A stretch of DNA of 25,457 bases from an uncultured archaeon (lineage in GTDB: Archaea; Asgardarchaeota; Lokiarchaeia; Sigyniarchaeales; SOKP01). Numbering within the stretch: the first letter of the stretch is position 1; every line of letters starts with the position of its first letter. Shown piece after piece: positions 7,903 to 16,534 of the stretch. The position numbers were made by a program, and so were the translations under genes. The stretch covers positions 1-25,457 of the forward strand of contig CAZGJX010000021.1 of NCBI GenBank assembly GCA_964525635.1, in the 5' to 3' direction. The notes beneath the pieces are model-generated. The model was not told the DNA's origin, did not search any database, and worked only from the letters and a program-made list of their open reading frames with translations.

Positions 7903-10227
7903 TTAATTAAGATAGGGAAACCTAATAATTACTGGTTGATGTTTTCCTTTACTCATGATAAACGCTTCTCCAGTTGAAAAATCCTTTAGTTGACGCCTTT
8001 CTTCCTTATCTAAATACTCTTTCAGTAAATAATTTGTCTGCCCCTGAATTTGAAAGAATACTTTAATATTACAGAGATCAATAATCTCTTTACTGATATC
8101 TAAGGGGCTATGAGTAGCAAATATCACTCCATAATTCCTTTTACGCCCTCTGTGAACGATCTCATCGAGAAATCCCATTATCCTTTTTTGATATTCAGAA
8201 TCGGCATTTGATTTTGATTTGGGTAATAGTCTCTGAATCTCATCCAGCACCAAAAGAAGTTTGAGGTTTTGTTCACTCTTCAAGGCAATTTTATGTAAGA
8301 GGGCAAGTAAATACAAACCAACAATTCTCTGATGTATATCACGTAGATTGTGAGTATCAATAATAATAACTTTTTTAGTTAAGAAATGTGAAATGATATC
8401 AATTGATTCATATTCAGGAATGTCAAAAATTTTTAATGCTATTGAATTCAATGCCCTGCAAATAGCCATCTTTGTCACACTTGCTAATGTATAGTTCTCA
8501 TGATTTGCATATTCAATTATTTTACTTCGTAATACTGGAAAAGTGAACTCCATACCTTTATTTTCCTCAACAATATCATACAAGATAGTACTCAAAGAAT
8601 CATGGGTAATTGGAGTTAATTCTCTTAATAAAAAGGGAAAATCTAACGGATCAATTGCATTAAGAGAAAGGCAGGTTCTATCCTCTGAATCTAAGGTTAT
8701 GATCCCTACTTGGTCAGTATCAAGTGATTTTAAATTCAATTTCTCCATTAGACCTCTTGATATATCCGTAGTTGGTATATCTATGATATTTCTGTATTCT
8801 CCTTCATTATCAAGGATAATAACTTTAGGGGAATTATCTTTTTGATTGATTTTTAGGGTAAGGAATTTTAAGGCAGAAGTCTTTCCAGTACCCTGTACTC
8901 CGCCTATGAACATGCTTTGATATAATAGTCTTTGATCGAGATGATATGGATATTGCTCGCCTTTTTCAGCGATATTTCCAATTACAGTCCCATTTAAGGG
9001 GAGATTTTTAAATTGGAAAAACTCGATCTGCGTTGGGATTTTGATTTTTCCGCCGATTATTGTTTGAGGTCGAAGCTCCTGATAGCCTTTTGGATTAAAT
9101 TCTCCAACAGGATTTAATTTTATATTATAATGTTCCTCTTTGTGGGTTTTAGTTATTGTTGAGGCGCTCTCTTCTAAACAGTCTATTTTTTCCACAATGC
9201 ACATAATTCTAACACCATCCTCTTTCTCGACGATTACGCAATGCCCATCCTTTACTAAGGAAGCTTTTGAAGGGTATAAATACCCCTTAAGTTTGTTTTC
9301 TTTTCCCTTTATTAATTGAAGTGGTTTTCCAGGGATTGTATTTATCCATCCAAGGCAATCATTTTCATCATTGAGATCCTCGATTATATCTTTAGGTATA
9401 AGATTCTCTCCTTTTTTAATCAGAGATTCTGATCCATTGATAGTATATTCTTCTTCTGATATAGGTAATACCTCAGTATCTACATCAAAATCAAGACTCA
9501 CATCTTCATATCCTTCAAACGCAGTATCCTTCGCAAATTCTATTGCCTTTTTCCTTAACTCTTCAGTAAACTCATATTTAATTACTTTATTGGGAAAGTA
9601 GACAAGCTGTATTGATTTACATTTTTGATTTCTCGCTTCTTCAAATATTATTGCATATAAACATAACTGCATGAAATTACGATGGTCTTTTGATTCAGAA
9701 TCAAGGGGATCAATATTTAACTCATATTCATAGGATTTAAAATCTTGAGCAATAAAATGATTTGAATTGATTTCTATTAAATTATCAATCCTTCCATTAA
9801 CTTTTATTCCGCCTATTCTCCCCTCACCCTTATATTCAAGACTTGGCTCTCCTCCGAAGAAATCTGTCTCAATTTCTCTTGGGATGATGATTCCATAATT
9901 TTGCTTCGAATGCTGTTTTGCTATATGCAGTATCTCTTTTTTTAGAATATTAAGTAGAATTTTAGCATCTTCATGGTAAAGAATATACTGATCACTTATA
10001 CGGATATTCGAAAGTTTATCATTAACAGCTTTGGTGACTCTCTGGCTAAATATCCTGATATTTGTTTTATTTGAACGATCTGAAGTCTTGAAGACTTGGT
10101 TTAAGAATTGTGATCTTGATTCATGGAGAACAATACCGCGTTCCCCTTCATTATGTAGCATTATCTTCCCATATTTTTTATTAAGAAGATTGCTAACTGT
10201 GGGCTTTTTATATTTTATATAATTCAA
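7903..10227 (-). CDS. RecB/Cas4-like PD-(D/E)xK nuclease fused to a HAS-barrel-like region and HerA/DUF87 (FtsK-HerA) ATPase
   Basis: Nuclease motifs: ERGIVLHE, REIE, VNGRIDNL, AQDFKS, MQLCLYA. ATPase motifs: SMFIGGVQGTGKT, VIILDNEGEY, LLVLDEIQRL, HRGRKRNYGVIFATHSP, TGEAF. Start reassigned to TTG 10227 because SD AGGTGA (10236-10241) lies 8 nt upstream; the track start is 10260. Confidence 0.88.
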   Translation of the reverse strand: MNYIKYKKPTVSNLLNKKYGKIMLHNEGERGIVLHESRSQFLNQVFKTSDRSNKTNIRIFSQRVTKAVNDKLSNIRISDQYILYHEDAKILLNILKKEILHIAKQHSKQNYGIIIPREIETDFFGGEPSLEYKGEGRIGGIKVNGRIDNLIEINSNHFIAQDFKSYEYELNIDPLDSESKDHRNFMQLCLYAIIFEEARNQKCKSIQLVYFPNKVIKYEFTEELRKKAIEFAKDTAFEGYEDVSLDFDVDTEVLPISEEEYTINGSESLIKKGENLIPKDIIEDLNDENDCLGWINTIPGKPLQLIKGKENKLKGYLYPSKASLVKDGHCVIVEKEDGVRIMCIVEKIDCLEESASTITKTHKEEHYNIKLNPVGEFNPKGYQELRPQTIIGGKIKIPTQIEFFQFKNLPLNGTVIGNIAEKGEQYPYHLDQRLLYQSMFIGGVQGTGKTSALKFLTLKINQKDNSPKVIILDNEGEYRNIIDIPTTDISRGLMEKLNLKSLDTDQVGIITLDSEDRTCLSLNAIDPLDFPFLLRELTPITHDSLSTILYDIVEENKGMEFTFPVLRSKIIEYANHENYTLASVTKMAICRALNSIALKIFDIPEYESIDIISHFLTKKVIIIDTHNLRDIHQRIVGLYLLALLHKIALKSEQNLKLLLVLDEIQRLLPKSKSNADSEYQKRIMGFLDEIVHRGRKRNYGVIFATHSPLDISKEIIDLCNIKVFFQIQGQTNYLLKEYLDKEERRQLKDFSTGEAFIMSKGKHQPVIIRFPYLN

Positions 10228-10246
10228 TTTTTTTTTCACCTTTTTT

Positions 10247-10825
10247 TTAATATAAATCAAATTCTCCTTTTGTATGCTCTATTCTTTTTAATACATCTAA
10301 AGTAGAGATCTGAGAATCTATTTTTTCAAATTGATTTATTTTTTCTTTATTCTCTGGGAAATTAGGAACATTGCTATATTCTATATTTGGACTTAGGCAT
10401 ATCTCATCATTAATAAGAAGAAATGAAATTCGTCTATCCTCAATCCATCTTTTATTTGGTAGTTGCTCTATATATTCTCTAAACTTATCATTTGAAATAA
10501 TTAAGCAAAAATCATACTTTAGAGCATAACTAAGAATAAACTCATCAGCAACTTTCGGAGCTTCAATTAAAATGCCTTCTTTTTTTAGAACTTTATACTC
10601 TAATGGTTTATCGATTCTATATTTTAAAGCGGGATCGCAAATACAAATAATATCTTTCTTTTTAAAATGTAATTTTTCTTTTAAAAGTTCATACACTAAT
10701 AAAATATCAGAAAGACTTGGTGGTTTTAATTTATTATTTCTTGAATAGGCTATATTATTACAATCCAAAATAATTTTAATATTCTTAATCCGTGTCAATC
10801 TTTCTATAATCGGTTCTAAACACAT
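10247..10825 (-). CDS. NYN/PIN-fold ribonuclease, Zc3h12a (Regnase)-like
   Basis: Acidic motif set KIILDCNNIAY, ICDPALKYRID, KVADEFILSYA, IISNDKFREY is typical of RNase_Zc3h12a/NYN domains. Confidence 0.85.
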   Translation of the reverse strand: MCLEPIIERLTRIKNIKIILDCNNIAYSRNNKLKPPSLSDILLVYELLKEKLHFKKKDIICICDPALKYRIDKPLEYKVLKKEGILIEAPKVADEFILSYALKYDFCLIISNDKFREYIEQLPNKRWIEDRRISFLLINDEICLSPNIEYSNVPNFPENKEKINQFEKIDSQISTLDVLKRIEHTKGEFDLY

Positions 10826-10885
10826 TTTTTAAAATACCTATCTTTTATTATAATAGAAGAATTCCAACTATTTTATTCAATTGTA

Positions 10886-10922
10886 TGGGACAAAGTACGG
10901 AATTTGGGACAATCTTTATAAA
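10886..10922. promoter_or_regulatory. Divergent promoter region: TGGGACAA direct repeat and TATA box
   Basis: TGGGACAA at 10886-10893 and 10905-10912, TTTATAAA at 10915-10922, and SD GGTGA at 10951-10955 before ATG 10965. Confidence 0.5.
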
Positions 10923-10964
10923 TATTATCAATTATTGTTTTTATATAGTTGGTGATAAAAAATT

Positions 10965-13900
10965 ATGCCATATCCAGATGATTTAAAACCAAGGAGATAT
11001 GAATATAACATTTTAAGAACTTTAGAATTTAATCCAGAGGGATTTATATTTGAAAAGCGAGATTTCAATAAAATGTATATGGAAAAAACTGCATTTTATG
11101 ATTATAGAAAAAAGCTCGAAAATAATGGTTATATTCAGAAAATTAATACGCCGAGAGAAAATAGACAAGGAGAAATAGGTAGGAAGAAAACATATTTTAT
11201 TACAGATAAAGGAATACAAAGATTAAAAGATTTAAAAAGTATAAGGAAAGATATACAATTTCCTCCTAATAATTTAGAATTAAATAATGAGGAAAGAATT
11301 CTTTGGATGCTTGCAAATAATACTTTTTGCAGGGCAAGAGATTTTAAAAATAGAAATTGTGGAATTCGATCATCTTCATTTTATAGTAATGTTGATAGAT
11401 TATTGAATAGACAATATATAGTGAGGGACAATATATCAGAGATCAGTCATTCTGTCTATAAAATTACCGATAAAGGTAGAGAAAAATATTTAAGTATTTT
11501 AAAGGAAAAAGGGCGAGATCCAAAGATAATTCATGAAGAAAAGATTAATATTTTATCAAAAATGAATCAATCAAATCAAATTTTTTTCAATAAATACAAT
11601 ATTGAGAAATCAAATATAAGATATCGTTTTAATAATTATAAGATTATTTTTAGTTATTCTTCCTATAAAGATATCTTTGGAAATAATGAAAATAACTATA
11701 ATCTATTTTTATTATATCTTGTATTAAATCATCCTGATAATTATCCAATTTGCATAAATGAGGAAAATTTTTGTAAAAAATATGGATTAGATATTGTAAA
11801 TCTTAAATATTATATACATCAGATATTTAAAGAGGCAAAATCTATAATAAAGATTTTTAGAATTAAGATAGAAGAAGGTAATTGTATTTATTATTTTCAT
11901 GAAAAAGATTTAATCTACAAAATGATGAAAATTATTATTGAGGAGTATTTTGAATCAAAATTTATACGAATGTTAGATCTAAAATCTAAAAAATCTGTTG
12001 ATAAAAAAGTATCAAATATCTATAATAGAAATTATTTTTCTATAAATGATGAAGATTTATATGATATAGCTTCGCAAATTTGTGAAAATTATAGTATTTT
12101 AGATAATAATTTTCAATATATACTTACAGAATTCTTAGAAGATTTTATAAAACACTTGGAATATAAATTTGAAGAAGAATATGAATCCTTTGATAGATAT
12201 AGATATAATCAAAAGAGTGTTACATCATTCGATATCTATAATATGTTCTCTAAAATGGAAGAGATTTCCCAAAAACCTGTAAAAAAGATCAATATTACCG
12301 AAGATAAATCTACCAATATTTTATATGAAATCATTGATGATAAAAAATTAAATTTTTTAAATCATATCCTAAAAAGAACAGAAACATTAACTAGCGAACA
12401 TAATTTTAGAGAAGCATTGAAAACTATAAATACTGGATTAGATGAAATTAAAAAAATAGATTTACAATTAAGAAATGAGGAAGATGGAAAATTAAATAAT
12501 AATTATTATTATTTCCGCATTCAATTTTTCTCAAAAAAAGTCGATATCTTATTTGAATTAAAGGAATTTAATAAAATAGCCAGTCTTATGAAAGATATTG
12601 ATAGTATAACATTAATTGATGTGATAGTATCAAGATTAATAGATATAGAGGAGATATCGTATGCTAAAAAAGTATTTGATAATGTTTTTTCAGATCCTCC
12701 TGAAAATATATCAAAGGAAGATTTAGATGAATTTTATTCAGAATGTTATTTTCAAATAGAAGCAAATTTTCATAATGAAATATTAGATTTATATAGAAAT
12801 AATGAAAATGAAAGAGCAATAATGATTGCAGATAAATTCTTGAAATTTAATCCACATGCGAAAGACATTTTAAAAATTAAAGCTTTTGCTCTTGCTGAAT
12901 TAAAAAAATATAGAGAAGCATTAGAAGTAATTAATAAGGCTATTAAACTAAGTCCTAAAGGATTAAGAATATTAGGTAAAAATTGGTTAGAAGAATTCTC
13001 TGAAGAAAAGAAATCTAAAAAGCGAATAAAAAGTTATGAAGACTCAAATTATCAATATGATTATTATATATCAAAAATACGACTTCTGATGAAAATGCAA
13101 AATTATAAAGAATCAAAAACTTTATTAAATCGAATAATAAATCTTAATCCAAGAGTATCAGAAGCACATTTTCTACTTTCAATCATTAATGCATATGTAG
13201 ATAATAATTATAAACAAGCCCTTGTATATGTAGAAAATGCAATTAAACATAGTAATGGTATTAATCATAAATATCATGGTCAAAAGGCTAATTATCTGTT
13301 AACATTGAATAGACCTAAAGAAGCTTTAGAGACAATAAATCAATTTGAGCAAAAATATTCAATGGATCTAAAAGAATTCTTATCTACCAAATGTGAAGCA
13401 TTGGAAAGAGTAGGGAAATATAAGGAAGCTTTAATTGTTGTTAATGATTTAATTAAGAAAAATAATAAAAAACCATGGAATTATTATAAAAAAGCATTTA
13501 TTCTCAATAAAATGGGAGAGAATTCTGAAGCATTAAAAAATATCAATAAAGCGCTTAAGATTAAGCCAAAAAAATTCGTATATCTACAAGATAAGATTGG
13601 TATATTAGAAGATTTGGGAAGAATTGATGATGCCCTTAAACTTATTGATATAGAAGAGTCAGTTCTTACCAGCCATGCAAATCAATTTAGAGCACAATTA
13701 TATCCAAAGAAGGCAATTCAATTAGCAAATTCTGGTAACAAGAAAGAAGCAATAGATACAATAGAAAAATCAATAAAAATTGATCCTGAAGAAGCAAATT
13801 ATTTCAATACGTATGGAGAGATTTATATGAAATTTGAAGAATATAAAAAAGCAATTGAGAAGCTAGAGATTGCAATAAAACTTCACTTTACACCAACTGA

Positions 13901-14117
13901 AGCTTATATAAACTTAGGTATATGTTATTATCAAATTAAAAATTATGAGAATGCTTTAGAATTCTTGAGAAGAGGAAGGAATTTAGCTACACATTCTTTT
14001 GATAGATTAAAAAAAAATAAAAATATTAAATTAACACAAGAAGACTATCTCCAAGAAGAATTAATTAAAGAAGCAGATAATTATATTTTAAAAATTCAAA
14101 AAGTAATAGAAAAATAA
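10965..14117 (+). CDS. Tandem winged-helix (PadR/MarR-like) plus TPR-repeat protein
   Basis: Two wHTH wing motifs (KLENNGYI...TYFITDKGIQRL and RLLNRQYI...VYKITDKGREKY). The C-terminal half has many TPRs (KAFALAELKKYREALEVINKAIKLSP, YFNTYGEIYMKFEEYKKAIEKL, AYINLGICYYQIKNYENAL). Confidence 0.85.
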   Translation: MPYPDDLKPRRYEYNILRTLEFNPEGFIFEKRDFNKMYMEKTAFYDYRKKLENNGYIQKINTPRENRQGEIGRKKTYFITDKGIQRLKDLKSIRKDIQFPPNNLELNNEERILWMLANNTFCRARDFKNRNCGIRSSSFYSNVDRLLNRQYIVRDNISEISHSVYKITDKGREKYLSILKEKGRDPKIIHEEKINILSKMNQSNQIFFNKYNIEKSNIRYRFNNYKIIFSYSSYKDIFGNNENNYNLFLLYLVLNHPDNYPICINEENFCKKYGLDIVNLKYYIHQIFKEAKSIIKIFRIKIEEGNCIYYFHEKDLIYKMMKIIIEEYFESKFIRMLDLKSKKSVDKKVSNIYNRNYFSINDEDLYDIASQICENYSILDNNFQYILTEFLEDFIKHLEYKFEEEYESFDRYRYNQKSVTSFDIYNMFSKMEEISQKPVKKINITEDKSTNILYEIIDDKKLNFLNHILKRTETLTSEHNFREALKTINTGLDEIKKIDLQLRNEEDGKLNNNYYYFRIQFFSKKVDILFELKEFNKIASLMKDIDSITLIDVIVSRLIDIEEISYAKKVFDNVFSDPPENISKEDLDEFYSECYFQIEANFHNEILDLYRNNENERAIMIADKFLKFNPHAKDILKIKAFALAELKKYREALEVINKAIKLSPKGLRILGKNWLEEFSEEKKSKKRIKSYEDSNYQYDYYISKIRLLMKMQNYKESKTLLNRIINLNPRVSEAHFLLSIINAYVDNNYKQALVYVENAIKHSNGINHKYHGQKANYLLTLNRPKEALETINQFEQKYSMDLKEFLSTKCEALERVGKYKEALIVVNDLIKKNNKKPWNYYKKAFILNKMGENSEALKNINKALKIKPKKFVYLQDKIGILEDLGRIDDALKLIDIEESVLTSHANQFRAQLYPKKAIQLANSGNKKEAIDTIEKSIKIDPEEANYFNTYGEIYMKFEEYKKAIEKLEIAIKLHFTPTEAYINLGICYYQIKNYENALEFLRRGRNLATHSFDRLKKNKNIKLTQEDYLQEELIKEADNYILKIQKVIEK

Positions 14118-14157
14118 TCTTATCTTTTATTATATTATCCTTTCTATATTTTTTGAA

Positions 14158-14307
14158 TTATTCTTTATCCTTATTTTTAAATTCAAATTCTTTGAGTTCT
14201 TCTTTTAATATCAAATTTAGAAGGTTTTTTTCTTCTGATAAATCATGAAAATTTAGATTAGGATTTTCTACTTCTTTTATTTCCTTTTGCTTCTTTCTTA
14301 TTTTCAT
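14158..14307 (-). CDS. Small hypothetical protein (49 aa, MKIRKKQKEIKEVENPNLNF...), not in ORF track
   Basis: ATG 14307 to TAA 14158. Purine-rich, K/E-rich composition like coding DNA, and co-directional with the upstream small genes. Confidence 0.35.
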   Translation of the reverse strand: MKIRKKQKEIKEVENPNLNFHDLSEEKNLLNLILKEELKEFEFKNKDKE

Positions 14308-14360
14308 AAAAGCCCTCTTACTAATTTAATCAATCTCATTAATTTTAATATAAAGTAACC

Positions 14361-14651
14361 TTAATAAAGGCAGTCCTTCAGCAAGGATTTTACCAAATTC
14401 TTCTCTTGCTCGGCAATTTCCTTAACATCTTTTCCAATATTATCATAATCATTCGATTTTTCCTCTGAAGCATAGTACAAGAAAAGTAAATTACTTTGAA
14501 CAAGTTCACTCGCTCTTGCTTGAGGGGTATTTAACAACTGGTTTAGGAATTTTTCTTTCTTCTGCTCAGAATTGTTCTTAGATAACAGGTACTCTATTAG
14601 TTGGTAATAAAGCGATTCCTCGGTTAAGATATGGTGGTCTTCATTATTCAC
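14361..14651 (-). CDS. Hypothetical protein (about 96 aa)
   Basis: Open frame (track start 14681). GTG at 14651 overlaps the upstream TGA (GTGA coupling) and has GAGGGG 6 nt upstream. Confidence 0.55.
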   Translation of the reverse strand: MNNEDHHILTEESLYYQLIEYLLSKNNSEQKKEKFLNQLLNTPQARASELVQSNLLFLYYASEEKSNDYDNIGKDVKEIAEQEKNLVKSLLKDCLY

Positions 14652-15490
14652 ATGCATCCCCTCGGAAGCCAATAATAACATTTGTTTGATTTCTTTATTA
14701 AGTTTGTAGGAATGTTTAAAAATCCCTTGTCTATTAAATATAACAATGCCCGATATAACACCTGTCTATCATATCTCTTTTTAAACTGCTTTAAAATACG
14801 CTTGAGTAACGCTTTTCCCGTCAAATTACGTTGAAAAGAAAGCTGTTTAGAGAACTTTAAAATCTCTTGCTTTACTAAATTGTTGAAATTCTTATCGTGG
14901 AACCGAACAATCTTCACACCGTTAAACTCAGAGCAGAGAAGATCAAGAGAGGGAATTTTAACAACATTCTGGTTCATGATGTAATAGCGGTTAAATCCTT
15001 TTCGAAATCTTTTATTTCGATATCTTTTCTTTAAAGCAGGGGAGAAATTTAGGGCAAAAAAATAAAAACCCCCTGAATTAAGATTCTTTAGTCTTTTTAT
15101 TCTCCTAATATAATAGACCCTTCCCCCATACATTTTATGAAGATATTTTTCCAATTGTGAGATTTTAACATTTTTAACGTATTTAGGATGGCGTGTTGAA
15201 TTTACCGCAGAAGATTTTGAATCAAGTATCCACAGAACATATACTCCTTGATGATTATAATCTTTTGTACGTTCAATTAGGCTATGAATAGAAATAGGCG
15301 ATCTTTGTATTTCGACAGCAATATTTTTGTCTGAGCTAAGAGTAAGAAATATATCTGCTCTTCTTTATCCCACATTCTTTTCAATCTTACAATAGGAAAT
15401 ATTAGACAGGTTATTGAGTAATGATTCTTTTAAGGAATGCTTTAAAAAATAATGCTCTTTGGATTCATTCAAACCTCTTTGCATATTCAT
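14648..15490 (-). pseudogene. CoiA-like PD-(D/E)xK nuclease with a single in-frame TAA at 15365-15367
   Basis: Manual translation from ATG 15490 reads MNMQRGLNESKEHYFLKHSL...EKNVG*RRADIFLTLSSDKNIAVEIQRSPISIHSLIERTKDYNHQGVYVLWIL, continuing in frame into LEKYLHKMYGGRVYY (track ORF 14648-15154). ESxxH, RADI, AVEIQxS and ERTxxY...WIL are CoiA-family hallmarks. Confidence 0.8.
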
Positions 15491-15761
15491 TCTCCTTCAC
15501 TAATTTTTCATAATAGTGTAAAAGATCACGAGTAATTTCTAATTCAGTATCAAGGATATGAGGAAAATAAGTATCTATGATTTTAAATGTGGCTTTTAAT
15601 ACAGAAATGAGTCTCTGATTCCATTCAAAAAATCTCTTAATTGACTCTTTACAAATTATCTTAATTTTGGTAGGATAATCAGATTTCTTAATTTTATAAA
15701 TATCGCTTATTTTATCTATTAAATCTAAGGCTTCCTCGTCTAATTGTATTTTTGAAATCAT
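15465..15761 (-). CDS. Small hypothetical protein, possible ribbon-helix-helix DNA-binding protein
   Basis: 98 aa. N-terminal SKIQLDEEALDLIDKI fits a strand-helix pattern. The 3' end overlaps the CoiA-like start. Confidence 0.55.
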   Translation of the reverse strand: MISKIQLDEEALDLIDKISDIYKIKKSDYPTKIKIICKESIKRFFEWNQRLISVLKATFKIIDTYFPHILDTELEITRDLLHYYEKLVKENEYAKRFE

Positions 15762-15784
15762 AATTCTGAATTTTTGTATAATAC

Positions 15785-15887
15785 GGAATCTCGTGATCCG
15801 GATTCCCTAATTTAGTAAATGGAAATAATAATATTTAAATATTACCTTATTTAGTGATACGGATCACAAATGATCGTGGAATTGGGA
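15785..15887. promoter_or_regulatory. Inverted-repeat operator cluster between divergent small regulators
   Basis: GGAATC (15785-15790) / GATTCC (15801-15806); GTGATCCG (15793-15800) / CGGATCAC (15860-15867); GTGAT-N4-ATCAC (15854-15867). These are GC-rich motifs in an AT-rich spacer. Confidence 0.5.
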
Positions 15888-15964
15888 AAATTCAAGAAGA
15901 AAGATAGAATATTTAAATAATAAAGATTATATGTTGTTTGAATATAAGGAAATATCGTTTAAAT

Positions 15965-16231
15965 ATGAAAATTGAAAAGCTAAAACTATACCTCAATATC
16001 CTTCTTTATATATTTAAAAATAGACCAACAGAAGTGAGAGCTATTTGTAATGAATTTAATTTAAGTTACACTACAGTTGAAGGTCTAATTAAGAAATGGA
16101 TGGAGGAGGGTTATATCTATCGACAACAAAAAGAGATTCTTCTACTCGGCGGTGATAGATTTGAATATAGCATGACAGATACAGGGATAAATTTGCTGAG
16201 AGACTTAAAAAAAAATTTTGAACAAATTTAA
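15965..16231 (+). CDS. Winged helix-turn-helix transcriptional regulator (MarR/PadR-like)
   Basis: VRAICNEFNLSYTTVEGLIKKWMEEGYI...YSMTDTG is an HTH plus wing. ATG 15965 is preferred over the track's TTG 15938. Confidence 0.8.
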   Translation: MKIEKLKLYLNILLYIFKNRPTEVRAICNEFNLSYTTVEGLIKKWMEEGYIYRQQKEILLLGGDRFEYSMTDTGINLLRDLKKNFEQI

Positions 16232-16534
16232 TTTGATTAATTCTAAAGTAATTATAAATTATATTCTCTTTTATATCAACATTTATTCTTCCTTAATAAT
16301 TAAGATAAATCAATTTTGTATCTTTATAGCGATAATTTAATAATATTTAAAATTCAATAAAAACGAATTAAATCTAAAAATGTTTCAAAACCAATAATTT
16401 CTTTGATATTTCTTTATTTAGAGATGATATTTTAATAGTTGAAATAGGTTAAGTCTATAACTTTATAAAAAGACATCAATACTATTTATTTTGTTATAAA
16501 ATGTAATTAAAAAAATAAATAAGGTGAGGAAAAA

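Noticed and set aside
9600-10227. N-terminal nuclease as Cas4 / CRISPR adaptation module
   Set aside because: No Cas4 Fe-S cysteine cluster is evident, and there is no cas1/cas2 or repeat-spacer array anywhere in the window.
7903-10227. Housekeeping HerA of the nurA-herA-mre11-rad50 repair operon
   Set aside because: None of the partner genes is present, and the protein carries an extra N-terminal nuclease domain.
3135-11219. Short antisense ORFs in the track (3135, 5365, 5986, 7204, 8543, 9371, 10031, 11022)
   Set aside because: They lie fully opposite long motif-bearing genes and have shadow-ORF composition.
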